Source: Prochlorococcus sp. AG-418-F08
Lineage (GTDB): Bacteria; Cyanobacteriota; Cyanobacteriia; PCC-6307; Cyanobiaceae
Assembly (NCBI GenBank): GCA_003214295.1
Contig: QCLV01000005.1
Span: 3,312 to 67,311, forward strand
DNA length: 64,000 nt
Direction of reading: 5' to 3'
The number at the start of each line of letters is the position of its first letter. Position 1 is the first letter of the stretch. Position numbers and translations under genes: made by a program. The notes under the pieces are model-generated. The model saw only the letters and a list, made by a program, of their open reading frames with translations. It searched no databases and was not told the DNA's origin. Shown piece by piece: positions 1 through 11,200 of the stretch.

Positions 1-1
1 A

Positions 2-568
2 CTTTTAGCGCTCTCCGAAAGGGGACAAATTAATAGTAATGATTCACTCGCTTTAAATATTTGGGTAGGACCTTCTTTGATTCCAAAATCTCATCCATTG
101 TCAACAGTTAAGGGAGTAAATAATGCCTTATTGATTGAAGCTGATCCTCTTGGAGAAATAATGTTATATGGTCCAGGTGCCGGGAGTGGCCCAACTGCAG
201 CGTCAGTAGTATCAGATATATTAAATCTGCATGCCGCCAAAGTAAAAAATAATAATTCAATCGATCCATTATTATCTTTTGATTTCTGGAGAAACTGCCA
301 TATAATAAGTTCTTCACAAATAAATAAAAAAAATTACCTTAGAATTATTTGTCTTGATAGTCCAGGTGTCATAGGAAAGATTGGAGATATTTTTGGAAAG
401 AATAATGTATCAATCGAATCAATTGTTCAACTTGATGCTAGTGAGGACAAAGCTGAAATTGTCGTTATTACTCATGAGGTGAATAATGGAGATTTTGAGA
501 GATCGAAAGATGAAATAAATTCGCTAAATGAAGTCAAAATTATTGCAAGTCAATTAAGTTGTATTTAA
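2..568 (+). CDS. hom: homoserine dehydrogenase, 3' part with C-terminal ACT domain (5'-truncated by window)
   Basis: Frame open from base 2; YGPGAGSGPTAASVVSDI motif, then ACT domain (YLRI..DSPGVIGKIGDIFG..NVSIESIVQ). Confidence 0.93.
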   Translation, partial: LLALSERGQINSNDSLALNIWVGPSLIPKSHPLSTVKGVNNALLIEADPLGEIMLYGPGAGSGPTAASVVSDILNLHAAKVKNNNSIDPLLSFDFWRNCHIISSSQINKKNYLRIICLDSPGVIGKIGDIFGKNNVSIESIVQLDASEDKAEIVVITHEVNNGDFERSKDEINSLNEVKIIASQLSCI

Positions 569-617
569 AAAAATAGTTTGCAAATTTCTTCATAGCTTGG
601 TAAACCGAAGAAAGTAA

Positions 618-890
618 GTGTTTGGTTTTAGCACCTTAATGATTCATTCAAAACTATTAGATAATAATAATGAAAATAATAATTTAATTTTTTCTGAAAA
701 CCTTTATAAAGGTGCTTGTGTAAAAATTAAAAATAGCAATAAGACTTTTCAAGTAATTGGTTTAAATAGAGGGAAAGAAATTTGTTGGGTGAGAGAGTGG
801 CCTTTTGCTTGTAATTCTAAAAAAACATTTGCTTTAGAAATTAGTCAAATAACATTACAAATTTTCTGCTCAAATAATTCTTCAGAATAA
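618..890 (+). CDS. hypothetical protein
   Basis: 90-aa ORF between hom and the ABC SBP; FQVIG..CWVREWP stretch looks conserved. Confidence 0.6.
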   Translation: MFGFSTLMIHSKLLDNNNENNNLIFSENLYKGACVKIKNSNKTFQVIGLNRGKEICWVREWPFACNSKKTFALEISQITLQIFCSNNSSE

Positions 891-907
891 TTAAGAACTA
901 AGGAAAT

Positions 908-2479
908 ATGAAAAAAAAAATTGTTTTATCAATATTTATAATTTTAATTTCTTTTTTACAGAATTCTTGCGGCTCAAAAAGAATATCTAAAAAAATCATA
1001 GTAGCAAGTTCTGGAAAAATTGAATCTTTAGATCCAGCTAGAGCAAATACTCTTAAAGCAATTCAATTAATCAGTTCTCTTGGAGATACATTATATGAAT
1101 TAAATTCTAAGGGAGAATTAATACCTGAATTGGCCTCGGGGATGCCAGTTATTTCAAAGGATAGACTTCAAATAACTATCAATTTAAGAAAGAATGTTTT
1201 TTTTCACGACGGAACTTCATTTAACTCAAATGCTATGAAGTTTACCTTTGATAGATTCAAAAGAATTGGAACGATGAACTATATTTTAGGAAATAAGATT
1301 AAATCAATAGAAACGCCAAGTGAATATTCAGTCATAATAAATTTGAATAAACCATCAAGTTCTATAAATGGTTTACTCACATCAGTAAATTTAACTCCAA
1401 TATCTCCCACATTTTACAAACAATATTCTGATAAGTTTCTAAATGAAAAATTTGTTGGTACTGGCAAGTATGTACTGACCAGTTTTTCTAATGAAGTTCA
1501 ATCAATTGATCCAAATTTGAATTATTGGGGTGAAAAGCCCTTCAATAAGGGCGTTAATTTTGTGGGCTATTCAAATTCATCCTCTCTTTTTGGGGCTTTA
1601 AAAAGTAAACAAATTGACGTGCTTTTATCAAATTCAATTGATGATAGTCAGAGAAAAAGTTTAAATGATTTAAGCAAAAATAAACAGTTTAATGAAGGTA
1701 ATAGCCCTTTCAATGAATTAAGTTTTATAAGCCTCAAAACTAGTTCTTATCCCTTAAGTAATCTTAATTTAAGATTGGCTTTGGCAAAAAGTCTTGATAG
1801 AAAATTGATTAGTGAGAAAGTAAGTTATGGATTAAGGAAGCCATCTAGATCAATTATTCCTCCGATATTAAAAAAAGATAATCAAGAACTGTGGCCTAAA
1901 TATGATTATTTAGAAGCAAGAAGGTTATTGAAAAAAGAAAATTATTGCAATGGAAATATTCTAAAAATACCCCTTACTTATAGATCGAATGTACCAGCTG
2001 ACAAGCTTATTGCTCTGACTTGGCAAGAAGAAATTAAAAATTCTTTGAAAGATTGTATTGATATTGAACTCAATGGGGTTGAATCTACAACAGTTTATAA
2101 GAATCTAAGTTTAGGAATTTATACGGCAGTTCTTCTCGATTGGACTGGGGCTTATTCTGATCCAGAGGCTTATCTTACCCCTCTTTTAAGTTGTAATGAA
2201 ATAGTTGACGGCATATGTAAAAAAGGAGAATCAGTTTACAGCGGGAGTTTTTGGGGATCTAATAAAGTGGAAAGTTTATTTCTTGAGAGTGAAAAAATAA
2301 GTGGAATTAAAAGATTAGAAAAACTTGTTGAAATTGAAAAAATAGCAGCAAGTTCAATACCCTATATTCCTATTTGGATCTCCTCTCAAAAAGCATGGTC
2401 ACAAAATAAAATATCTAAACCTATTTTTAATGGCGCAGGAATAATTTCATTGAGTGATCTTGAGTTAATTAATGAGTAG
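908..2479 (+). CDS. dppA: ABC transporter substrate-binding lipoprotein, family 5 (peptide/nickel)
   Basis: Lipobox LQNSC; SLDPA, PELA, LRKNVFFHDGT, VGTGKY motifs of SBP_bac_5. Confidence 0.85.
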   Translation: MKKKIVLSIFIILISFLQNSCGSKRISKKIIVASSGKIESLDPARANTLKAIQLISSLGDTLYELNSKGELIPELASGMPVISKDRLQITINLRKNVFFHDGTSFNSNAMKFTFDRFKRIGTMNYILGNKIKSIETPSEYSVIINLNKPSSSINGLLTSVNLTPISPTFYKQYSDKFLNEKFVGTGKYVLTSFSNEVQSIDPNLNYWGEKPFNKGVNFVGYSNSSSLFGALKSKQIDVLLSNSIDDSQRKSLNDLSKNKQFNEGNSPFNELSFISLKTSSYPLSNLNLRLALAKSLDRKLISEKVSYGLRKPSRSIIPPILKKDNQELWPKYDYLEARRLLKKENYCNGNILKIPLTYRSNVPADKLIALTWQEEIKNSLKDCIDIELNGVESTTVYKNLSLGIYTAVLLDWTGAYSDPEAYLTPLLSCNEIVDGICKKGESVYSGSFWGSNKVESLFLESEKISGIKRLEKLVEIEKIAASSIPYIPIWISSQKAWSQNKISKPIFNGAGIISLSDLELINE

Positions 2480-3494
2480 AAATTTAAATAAACTACTAAA
2501 TTATTCCTTATCAAAAATTTTATTTATACCGATAATGTTATGGATAATTTCTTCATTAGTTTTTATTTTATTAAGAGTTGCTCCCGGCGATCCTGTGGAT
2601 GCCATACTTGGATCTGGAGCAGATGAGGTTTCTAGGGAATTTCTAAGAAATAAATTGGGACTAAATGAACCTTTAATAAATCAATATTTTTTATATATTA
2701 AAAATATATTGCACTTAGATTTGGGCCAATCTCTTAGTACCCAAGAGCCTGTCCTTAATATTATTATAAAGTCATTGCCTGCAAGTCTTGAGCTTGGATT
2801 CTTTTCAATATTAAGTGCCATACTAATAGGATTTCCATTAGGATTAATTGGTTTAAGAAATAGAGGGAAAAAGACTGATTATATTGCGAGAATATTAGGA
2901 ATTGCTACATATGCGATCCCTCCTTTTTGGGGTGCAATGTTAGCTCAATTATTATTTTCTGTATTTTTTAATATTTCCCCAATAGGAGGAAGATTTCCTA
3001 TATTTCAGCAAAAACCACAAATTACAGGTTTTCTAGTTTTAGATAGTATTCTTTCAAATAATATTATTGCCTTGAAAGATAGTCTTCATCATCTCGCACT
3101 TCCTTCGATTACCCTTGGCTTTTTATTAAGTGGTATATTCAGCCGCTCATTAAGAGTAAATTTGGATAAGACATTAAAAAGTGATTATGTAAATGCTGCT
3201 ATTTGTAGAGGAATATCGAGGAAAAAAATATTTTTAAACCATGCATTGCCTAATGCTCTTTTGCCAATTGTCACTATTTCTGGCTTGACTATGGCCTCTT
3301 TAGCAGGAGGTGCTCTGTTGTTCGAGGTGACTTTCTCATGGCCAGGTATAGCTTTAAGATTACATGAAGCTATTTCTCAAAGAGACTATACCTTGGTTCA
3401 AGGAATTGTAATTTTTACCTCTATGATAATAGTCTCTCTAAATCTCTTCGTGGATATTTTAATCGCATATTTAGATCCACGAATAGAGTACTAA
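2472..3494 (+). CDS. dppB: ABC transporter permease (DppB/OppB family)
   Basis: APGDPV, HHLALPSITL, EAA loop (DYVNAAICRG), FSWPGI, LDPRI; overlaps SBP stop. Confidence 0.9.
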   Translation: MSRNLNKLLNYSLSKILFIPIMLWIISSLVFILLRVAPGDPVDAILGSGADEVSREFLRNKLGLNEPLINQYFLYIKNILHLDLGQSLSTQEPVLNIIIKSLPASLELGFFSILSAILIGFPLGLIGLRNRGKKTDYIARILGIATYAIPPFWGAMLAQLLFSVFFNISPIGGRFPIFQQKPQITGFLVLDSILSNNIIALKDSLHHLALPSITLGFLLSGIFSRSLRVNLDKTLKSDYVNAAICRGISRKKIFLNHALPNALLPIVTISGLTMASLAGGALLFEVTFSWPGIALRLHEAISQRDYTLVQGIVIFTSMIIVSLNLFVDILIAYLDPRIEY

Positions 3495-5041
3495 TTTTCG
3501 GAAATTTCTTTTATCGTTTCAAGATCTAAAAGATGGAATTCAAGTCCCAAATCTCTTTGGTTTTTAATTACATTAGGCATCTTTTGGTCTTTAATATTTT
3601 TTAAAAATTCAATTATAAATTTAGTAGATAAATCTTGTACTAATATTGGCTCTGAACCAATAAAAGATTCACTTATTTTGAAGAGGTCATTATTTTCTTC
3701 ATAGCTTTTATTAATTCTTATTGGAGAGAAATGACTTGCTCCTTCAATAATTAGAAATCTATTTGATGGATTATCTAAAGCATAAAAAACTCTAAATTGT
3801 TCATTCATTAACGGTGTAATAAGGTCATAAGTACCACCTATTAGAAGAGTTGGTGCTTTAATGCCTGTACTATTTTCTTTTGGCCATACTAGACTTCCAA
3901 ATGAATTAAAACCTACTATGGCACTTGCCTTATTAGTATTATTTTTCTTAGGGAATGGTATTTCACTCAACTGACATTGAAGTAATTTTGATAAATTTGT
4001 TACCGCAAAGTCTTTTAATGCCGAATCACATTTTTCCTCTAGTTGATCAGTCGGTTTCTTGCCTTCATATAAAAGTGCTATTAAAGCACCAAGTGAATGC
4101 CCCATTAAAATATAAGAATTATTAGGTAAACCAAATTCCCCATTTTCATGAGCTTTCAATACAGCCTCTAAATCTTTAATTCTATTTAAGAAAAAGTCTG
4201 CACTTCCTGGTATTGTTTCCTTACCATCGAGTACGTCTATGAATGATTCTAAATTACTCCCTCTATGATCTATGAATAATATTGGCCAACCTCTTCTAGC
4301 CAATTCGTTACCTATCCATTTGAAATTATTAATTTCGCCTCCAAGTCCTGGCATAAATATTATCAATTCTTTATCAAAATTTGTTTTATTGCTTTTCCAT
4401 ATTTCAATTTCAAAAGGTTTCACTCGGTGAGGAGCATAAATTTTTTTTTGAATTTTTATTAGATCTTTAGTTGATTTTTTTTCAGTATTTTTAAAGGCAT
4501 TTTGTTTAGTACTTTCAAGTTTATTTAATTTGTACAACAGTTCTTGTTGCATTGATAATTCATTTTTCCAAGATGAAATTATTAAAATTAGATTATCAAT
4601 ATCTAGTGAAATTTCTTCTGATGGTAATGCCTTTATGATGTCTAAAGTTGAAACTTCTTTTTTTTGATCTAATAAATTTTCTATAGTGTTGTAAATTTCT
4701 GTTCCATTAGTGTCATTTGGAACTTTTATGCTTTTGCTTAGTTCTGTAAGAATTTTACGCCCTGTCCAACTTCTTAATATTTCTCTATTTAATCCCTCTT
4801 CTTTGAAAACTGGAAATTCTAAAAATTTTGATAATTCAAAAACTCTTATAAATCCATTTTTTTTTAACCAATCTATTAATTCTGTTGAATCATCTTTGTA
4901 TTTTTCTAATTTTGATAATTGTTCTATAGTAAGAGGGATTTCCATCTCTTCAAACTTAATATTTATCTTTTCAGCAGCCCTTAAACCATTATTAAAAAAT
5001 AAACCATAAAAACTAAAAAAAATTATAAAAATGTATTTCAC
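3491..5041 (-). CDS. alpha/beta hydrolase, cyanobacterial DUF1400-associated type
   Basis: PGLGG oxyanion loop, GHSLG nucleophile elbow, GGTYD acid, GASHFS histidine. Confidence 0.8.
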   Translation of the reverse strand: MKYIFIIFFSFYGLFFNNGLRAAEKINIKFEEMEIPLTIEQLSKLEKYKDDSTELIDWLKKNGFIRVFELSKFLEFPVFKEEGLNREILRSWTGRKILTELSKSIKVPNDTNGTEIYNTIENLLDQKKEVSTLDIIKALPSEEISLDIDNLILIISSWKNELSMQQELLYKLNKLESTKQNAFKNTEKKSTKDLIKIQKKIYAPHRVKPFEIEIWKSNKTNFDKELIIFMPGLGGEINNFKWIGNELARRGWPILFIDHRGSNLESFIDVLDGKETIPGSADFFLNRIKDLEAVLKAHENGEFGLPNNSYILMGHSLGALIALLYEGKKPTDQLEEKCDSALKDFAVTNLSKLLQCQLSEIPFPKKNNTNKASAIVGFNSFGSLVWPKENSTGIKAPTLLIGGTYDLITPLMNEQFRVFYALDNPSNRFLIIEGASHFSPIRINKSYEENNDLFKISESFIGSEPILVQDLSTKFIIEFLKNIKDQKMPNVIKNQRDLGLEFHLLDLETIKEISEN

Positions 5042-5043
5042 TA

Positions 5044-6273
5044 GTGATTAGTCCAAATAGTTTACAAATTAGCAAAAATTGGTGGATTCAATTTCCTTAT
5101 CATTTGAGGTTAATAACCAAGATAAGATTTTTCGCTGCATTTGGAGCAGGAGGTGTTATTTATTTAACATCACTTATTTTTAATAACCTAGGATTATCGG
5201 CGACAGATATTGGCCTGGGATTTACCATTTCAGCAATAATTGGAACCGTAACGAGACTCTTTACAGGTAATTATCTTAATAAAACGGGAAAAATACAATT
5301 TCCGATAATTACTTCTTCAATACTAAGTATTGCCGCTAGCTTATGCCTCATTTTTTCAAGAGATACTTTTTTGTACATAATTGGACAATCACTCGTTGGG
5401 GCTGCTGCAGGAATATATTGGCCTGCTGCCGAGTTTGGGGTGCCCTATTTTTGTCATCCTATCGAAACACGTAAAGCTTATGCCCTTGTTAGAAGTTCGG
5501 AAGCTTTAGGAATATTTCTAGGGGTATTCTTAGGGGGTTATATGACGAATTTTTTGTATTCTAAATCAATATTTATAAATGATATATTTTGCATGTTAGT
5601 TATCACGTATTTAATATCTAGAAATAGTTCTTCTATAAAAAGAAACTTAGAAAATTTTCAAAAAAAATTAGTTGATCCAATTAATCAGGGACAATTGAAA
5701 TGGAATAAAAATTCAACAATAATAATTTTATCTATTTTATTGATAACTACCTCTTTAGCCTTGATACAAGTAACTTTGCCTCTGGATCTTGTTAAAGGTG
5801 GAGTATATCGCAATGCATTAAGCAAAGAAATTATTAGTCTTATAATTTCTTTTCAGTTAATTTTATTGTTGTTTTTACAATGGCCTGTCGGTTCTTGGAT
5901 ATCAAAGAAAGAAAGATTATTTGGCTTGAAATTTAGTTTAATAAATTTCTCTTTCGCTTCATTTTTATTATTTATTTCTAGTTATTTAAATATCCCAGCG
6001 TTTTATTTAATTTCTTTGGCATTGATTTTAGTAAGTTTAGGGACTGCTTCATTTCTTCCAACATCAACAGATGTAGTTTTCAGACTAGCTCCTTCAAATA
6101 AAAAAGGTTTTGCACTCGCTCTACTATCACAATGTTTCGCTATGGGTTATTTTTTTGGACCATTTATTTCAGGACGCATATTAGATCTATTTGGTTATGC
6201 TTCAATAATCTGGCTTTCAATTTCTTGTTGTTGCTTTATTGCATTTACAATTCTATTTAAGAGATTATTTTAA
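5044..6273 (+). CDS. MFS transporter
   Basis: 409 aa, about 12 hydrophobic segments, GPFISG late motif. Confidence 0.8.
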   Translation: MISPNSLQISKNWWIQFPYHLRLITKIRFFAAFGAGGVIYLTSLIFNNLGLSATDIGLGFTISAIIGTVTRLFTGNYLNKTGKIQFPIITSSILSIAASLCLIFSRDTFLYIIGQSLVGAAAGIYWPAAEFGVPYFCHPIETRKAYALVRSSEALGIFLGVFLGGYMTNFLYSKSIFINDIFCMLVITYLISRNSSSIKRNLENFQKKLVDPINQGQLKWNKNSTIIILSILLITTSLALIQVTLPLDLVKGGVYRNALSKEIISLIISFQLILLLFLQWPVGSWISKKERLFGLKFSLINFSFASFLLFISSYLNIPAFYLISLALILVSLGTASFLPTSTDVVFRLAPSNKKGFALALLSQCFAMGYFFGPFISGRILDLFGYASIIWLSISCCCFIAFTILFKRLF

Positions 6274-6641
6274 TTAATCTTTTCTAATTCAATAATTCTT
6301 CTCTCTCTTAGAAATAAGAAAAAAGGTGCAGAGAATGCGAAGGCTATAAGAAAAGTTCCAATGTATACAACCCACATATTCTTCATGTTTAGTTTTTTTG
6401 ATTCATTTACTATCCATATAAAAATAGCGCTTGCACCTACTAATAAGTCTCTAGAAATTGACTGAGCTGCAGGGTTTGCATTCGCTAAAGAAATGAAGTT
6501 ATTTATATCAAAGCTGTTTCCATATTCCCTAGCAAATTCGAAATTTGCCAACATTGGCAGAACAGCCCCCAAAATTGATAGAAAAAGGTAAAGAAAAGAT
6601 AGTATCTGTTTATTATCTTTTAAAATGTTAAATGAATTCAC
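6270..6641 (-). CDS. DUF2834-type membrane protein
   Basis: ANANPAAQSISRDLL and APFFLFLRER motifs, 3-4 TM segments. Confidence 0.7.
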   Translation of the reverse strand: MNSFNILKDNKQILSFLYLFLSILGAVLPMLANFEFAREYGNSFDINNFISLANANPAAQSISRDLLVGASAIFIWIVNESKKLNMKNMWVVYIGTFLIAFAFSAPFFLFLRERRIIELEKIN

Positions 6642-6682
6642 TTGTCAAAAATATTTCTTTTAATAATAGTATTTAAAAGCTT

Positions 6683-7552
6683 ATGGTTGTTGAAAAGAAT
6701 AATAAAGTTGAAGACTATAAATTTAAAAAAGGAAATTTAAATTTTGCTGTCGTTGGTCATGTTGAGTGGATAAATTTTTTAAAGGTTGATCAATTACCAA
6801 AACCCGGAGTCATTTCACATTCTGAAAAGTCCCTTGATTATCCTGCTGGTGGGGGATCTATTATCGCGAAAATACTTTCTGATTTATCTTTAAACCAAAT
6901 TCATTTTTTTACGTCATTAGGAAATGATGATTATGGAGATAAGTGTTTCAAGATTCTCTCAAATATGGGAATTAAGTTACATGTAGCTTGGCGTGATAAA
7001 CCAACTAGAAGAGGGTTTAGTTTAATTGACTCTCAAGGTGAAAGAGCAATAACAGTTATTGGAGAAAGGTTAGCTCCAACTCATAAAGACAATTTAGAAT
7101 GGAACATTTTAAAAAAAATGGACGGAATTTTTATTACTGCATCTGATTCAGAGATTTTTAAAATGGCTAGATCGGCTTCAATACTGTGTACAACACCAAG
7201 GGTAGGATTAAATACAATTAATAATTCAAATGTTCTTTTAGATGGATTAATAGGCAGTAACCTTGATCCCGGAGAAGTTTTTACTTTTTCTGAATTATTG
7301 TTAAAACCCAAATATACTATTAAAACCGAGGGAGACAAGGGAGGCATAATATTCCCAGGAGGAAGATATAAGGCTCTTAAAAACAAAAAATTAAAGGTTG
7401 ATTCTTATGGATGTGGTGATTCTTTTGCTGCGGGTATTCTTTATGGAATGGCATCTAAATGGGATATAGATAAAAGTTTAAATCTTGCTAAAGTAATGGG
7501 AAGAGACGCTAGTGAATTTTTCGGACCATATGCAAATAATGATGAAAAATAA
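6683..7552 (+). CDS. PfkB family carbohydrate kinase
   Basis: PAGGGS and VDSYGCGDSFAAG PfkB signature. Confidence 0.88.
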   Translation: MVVEKNNKVEDYKFKKGNLNFAVVGHVEWINFLKVDQLPKPGVISHSEKSLDYPAGGGSIIAKILSDLSLNQIHFFTSLGNDDYGDKCFKILSNMGIKLHVAWRDKPTRRGFSLIDSQGERAITVIGERLAPTHKDNLEWNILKKMDGIFITASDSEIFKMARSASILCTTPRVGLNTINNSNVLLDGLIGSNLDPGEVFTFSELLLKPKYTIKTEGDKGGIIFPGGRYKALKNKKLKVDSYGCGDSFAAGILYGMASKWDIDKSLNLAKVMGRDASEFFGPYANNDEK

Positions 7553-7568
7553 TTGAATTAACACTTAC

Positions 7569-7760
7569 ATGAGCAATCTAGATGATAAAAATAAAAATAT
7601 TCTTGTAGAAAATATTATTGTTTTCTTTTTATTTACTGTTTTTTTGGTTTTTAAATCTTTGAAAACTTTATCTAGAATTTTTACTTATGGAATCTTAAGA
7701 AAAGAAATATTAACTACTAAAAGTAACTTAGGCGTAGATATTAAAATAAAAATTAAATAA
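7569..7760 (+). CDS. small hypothetical membrane protein
   Basis: 63-aa ORF with one TM segment, co-directional with neighbours. Confidence 0.5.
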   Translation: MSNLDDKNKNILVENIIVFFLFTVFLVFKSLKTLSRIFTYGILRKEILTTKSNLGVDIKIKIK

Positions 7761-7763
7761 TTA

Positions 7764-8117
7764 ATGAATATATTTTTATTTTTTCTAATTTTAGGAGTTA
7801 TTTTTTTGGTATACAAAAAAATTAAATCAAAAAAACCAAAGAACTTAAAATTAAATAAATTTAAAAATAAACTTCAAAGCACGCAAACAAATATTGAAAG
7901 AATTTTTTTAAGAGAGGAAGAAAAAACCTTTTCAAACCCTAATATAAATATCTATATTGGGAGTTATGATAACGAAGAAAATATTAATAGGAAATCTAAT
8001 ATTCACAGAGCAAGGCTTTCAAAATTTAAGAAATCCAAATTAAATGGTGAAATGATATTTCAAGATGATAAACAAAGGATTTATAAATTTAATAATGGTA
8101 AGAAAGTTTATTTATAA
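7764..8117 (+). CDS. hypothetical protein with N-terminal TM helix
   Basis: 117-aa ORF; NIHRARL..KKS and IYK..GKKVY motifs. Confidence 0.65.
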   Translation: MNIFLFFLILGVIFLVYKKIKSKKPKNLKLNKFKNKLQSTQTNIERIFLREEEKTFSNPNINIYIGSYDNEENINRKSNIHRARLSKFKKSKLNGEMIFQDDKQRIYKFNNGKKVYL

Positions 8118-8140
8118 TAATTTTACTTATAGTTTTTGTC

Positions 8141-8659
8141 CTAACTACACTCAAGACTTTCTCTGGTTGAAACGCCTGTTGTTGGATTGATCCCATCAGC
8201 AATTTCACAAAGATTTCTTTGATCTTCGCTGTCAAGAATAGCGTAAGAAAAATCTGCTCCTTCTATTTGAGCTCCTGCAAAACTGCTACCTGATGCGATC
8301 ATATTTATTAAAACAGCATTTCTAAGATCTGTTTTTTGGAAATTAACTCGATCAGAAAGAGTATCGGTCAGGTCGATTCCATTTAAATTAGAACCTTTTA
8401 AATCAGAAAGGGTTAAGGTTGTCCCATGTAAATCAACGTCACTAAAATCTGCATCTCTCGCAACTGCTCCAGCTATAGATGACAAATGAAGATCCTCTCC
8501 ATGGAAATCAAATCCTGTAATATTAGATCTTACATAACTTGGAACTTCATCTCCCTCTCCCTTAACAGCTACATTTGCCCCAGCAAAAACTGGAGAGGAT
8601 AAAACTAAGAAAGAAAAAGTTATGCATAAAAGATATTTTAAAAATCTGAAAAATTTCAT
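8141..8659 (-). CDS. secreted pentapeptide repeat protein
   Basis: Signal peptide; A(D/N)LXX repeats ([25 protein letters not shown]); terminal C..ADG.NP.TG.ST..SL.C. Confidence 0.88.
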   Translation of the reverse strand: MKFFRFLKYLLCITFSFLVLSSPVFAGANVAVKGEGDEVPSYVRSNITGFDFHGEDLHLSSIAGAVARDADFSDVDLHGTTLTLSDLKGSNLNGIDLTDTLSDRVNFQKTDLRNAVLINMIASGSSFAGAQIEGADFSYAILDSEDQRNLCEIADGINPTTGVSTRESLECS

Positions 8660-8742
8660 ACTAGAGAATTTGAATATTATTATTTTATAACAATTAGATA
8701 ATTTTTTAAATCGATGAATAAATTTAGAATCCCTTTTTAAGA

Positions 8743-9264
8743 TTATTTAACACTATAAATTTTAAATTTAGGCTCTAAATTAGATATACAATCTAGAAGT
8801 TTTTTATTATCTTTGCTATTGGTAACTTTGAATTCAGATTCAACTGAACCGCCTTCATCTCTAATTGCTTGATTTAAAACTATGGAACCGTTTTCGTCAG
8901 ATACCGATCTATGAAAAGTTCCTCTAGGTATCCTTAAAATATATCCGCAAGATTCTAATCTAACTTTATAAAAAGGATAATCCCACCCAAAATTTACAAG
9001 AAAAAATGTTCTACCCCCAGAGATAGCTAATAGATTATCTTCTTGTTTGTGATGTATATAAAATTGCCAATTATTAAAATCTTCATCATTTGGAGGGCTA
9101 ACTGCAGGACCACTGTGAATAACCAGATCTCTATAATTTGATTCACTAACACTAATATCAAAAAATCTTACATCTTTTGTATCGCGAAATTTTTCATAAC
9201 TTATCAATTCAAACATTTTTGATTTATTTGATTTGATAACTGGAATTTCTAAACTTGAGTTCAA
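8743..9264 (-). CDS. conserved cupin-like protein
   Basis: FYIHHKQED and [13 protein letters not shown] cupin metal-binding motifs. Confidence 0.7.
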   Translation of the reverse strand: MNSSLEIPVIKSNKSKMFELISYEKFRDTKDVRFFDISVSESNYRDLVIHSGPAVSPPNDEDFNNWQFYIHHKQEDNLLAISGGRTFFLVNFGWDYPFYKVRLESCGYILRIPRGTFHRSVSDENGSIVLNQAIRDEGGSVESEFKVTNSKDNKKLLDCISNLEPKFKIYSVK

Positions 9265-9388
9265 TTTTCTTTAAAGATTAAACAAATGAAAACAGATATA
9301 TTCATCTAAGAACGTATCAATTAACACTAAAAAAGAAACATATTATTATTTATATTTTTCATCATTTAAAAGATTAAAAATTTAGTCT

Positions 9389-10246
9389 TTATTTAATCTC
9401 AAGTGGTTTGATTTCCCAAGATAAAGTATTTTCTAGATTATTTTTTCCTATGAAGTTTCCTGTAATTACAGAGGTTAAATTAGATTTTGAAGATGATACT
9501 AATGTTAAATATCTATCATCTATTAATCCTTTCCCGCTTGGATCAAAACCTCTCCAACCAGCACCTGGAATATATAATTCAGCCCAAGCGTGTAAATCCA
9601 ACTCAGATGGTAACGGATCTTCAAAATGATAACCACTTACAAACCTGCTAGGGATACCTATAGACCTGCAAGCTTCAACCATCAGCATTGCTAAATCTCT
9701 GCATGAACCTATACGTTCTCTAAGTGTTCTGCTAGCCGGCCATGCTGGACCTGTATGTCTTTTGGTATATTTAACCCGATCTTGAATAATCTCTATTAAC
9801 TGGTAAGTAAATGATAATGCGTTATTAATGCTTCCTGCTAAGGCTTCTTGGGCAAGTTCTACAGCAGAGGGGTCGTGTTGTCCATTAGGCATCCATCCCT
9901 CTAATGCTCCCTGCAAATCTCTGTTAATAATACTTCTACAAAAAGGTAATGTTAAATCTCTATTTTTAACTCCATCAATAATGTTTGGATGTTTAATAGT
10001 TTCAACTTCACTGATTGATTCAATAATTAAGTTATCTGTTAATCCATTGAATCTGATTCTATTAATCTCTTCTCCGCTGGCAGCAAGTAATGGATAAATA
10101 ATTTCTGGTTCTGGGGTTATTTTTAATTCAAAATTCTTTAGCTTTTGGAATCCATTTGACCTTGGCTTTATACATAATCTATGTTCACCTAATTGAACAG
10201 GGTCTTCGTATTTATATTCAAGTTTGTGAATGTATTTAATTCTCAT
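9389..10246 (-). CDS. transglutaminase-like protein (Bact_transglu_N + Transglut_core)
   Basis: N-terminal IH.LEYKY..PV; catalytic triad GSCRDLA / LHAWAE / GFDPS. Confidence 0.9.
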   Translation of the reverse strand: MRIKYIHKLEYKYEDPVQLGEHRLCIKPRSNGFQKLKNFELKITPEPEIIYPLLAASGEEINRIRFNGLTDNLIIESISEVETIKHPNIIDGVKNRDLTLPFCRSIINRDLQGALEGWMPNGQHDPSAVELAQEALAGSINNALSFTYQLIEIIQDRVKYTKRHTGPAWPASRTLRERIGSCRDLAMLMVEACRSIGIPSRFVSGYHFEDPLPSELDLHAWAELYIPGAGWRGFDPSGKGLIDDRYLTLVSSSKSNLTSVITGNFIGKNNLENTLSWEIKPLEIK

Positions 10247-10257
10247 TAATAAACTTA

Positions 10258-11199
10258 TTAATTAATAAAATATTTTTCTTGAATGAGATCATTTAATTTA
10301 TTTAAATCCATTTGCAATGAATCGATTGCCTCATGTAAACCATCATTAATTATATCTTCAATTCTGATATAACTCCACTTTGCTTTAAGCAAACCTCTCA
10401 TGCATTCTAATTCTGAAGGATTTTCAGTACTTGGAGAGGTATCTATTGTTTTAAGAGTATTGCTTATCCCATCAAGACAGTATCTTACTGATCTAGGGAA
10501 AATTGGATCAAGTAAAAGAAATCTCGCAACTGAATTAGGCTTTATAGAATTCTGCACTGCTTTCCTAAACATTTGATAAGCTCCAGCTGAACGTAAAAGT
10601 GCGATCCATTGCAGCTCATCAAGAACTCCTCCAAGTTCATCTAAGCTGGGTAGGAGTAAATAATATTTAACATCTAAAATTCTTGATGTTTTGTCAGCTC
10701 TTTCGATTAATCTTCCAAGAATGCTAAATCTCCAGGCAAGATCTTTGCTTAGAGTTGCATCTGTAATTCCATAAAAAAGCTGACATTCTCTCCTTATTTC
10801 ACTTAATTGTTCTTGTCTTGGTTTATTCCATATTGCCTCTCCTTCTTGCATATTCCAATATAAAATATTAATCTGTTCCCACATTTCTGTGGTCATGACA
10901 TCTCTTATTTGTCTTGCATTTTCTCTTGCCATTTGAATGCAAGAAATTATACTATTTGGGTTTAAACGATCTCTTATTAAAAAATTAATAACGTCATCTG
11001 GTTTTTTCTCTGGGAATCTCTTATCAAAAGATTCTCTGTCACTCGAAGCATCAATTAAAGGTAGCCAAGGTTCGGCACTTCCTGGTGGACAATCTAATGA
11101 CATAGCTTCGCTTACTTCCACGAAACGAGATATGTTTTCCGCACGTTCTAAATAACGATTGATCCAATAAAGAGATTCTGCTACACGACTCAAAAGCAT
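10258..11199 (-). CDS. alpha-E domain protein (DUF403)
   Basis: MLLSRVAESLYWINRYLERAEN, ARENAR, ERADKTSRILD, FPRSV; start moved to ATG at 11199. Confidence 0.9.
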   Translation of the reverse strand: MLLSRVAESLYWINRYLERAENISRFVEVSEAMSLDCPPGSAEPWLPLIDASSDRESFDKRFPEKKPDDVINFLIRDRLNPNSIISCIQMARENARQIRDVMTTEMWEQINILYWNMQEGEAIWNKPRQEQLSEIRRECQLFYGITDATLSKDLAWRFSILGRLIERADKTSRILDVKYYLLLPSLDELGGVLDELQWIALLRSAGAYQMFRKAVQNSIKPNSVARFLLLDPIFPRSVRYCLDGISNTLKTIDTSPSTENPSELECMRGLLKAKWSYIRIEDIINDGLHEAIDSLQMDLNKLNDLIQEKYFIN

Positions 11200-11200
11200 A

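Noticed and set aside
908-3494. Incomplete dpp operon (no second permease or ATPase) as a sign of decay
   Set aside because: Both genes are intact, and split ABC loci are usual in cyanobacteria
9314-9327. GTA-N8-CAC upstream of the cupin gene as an NtcA site
   Set aside because: One mismatch and no correctly spaced -10; expected by chance in AT-rich DNA
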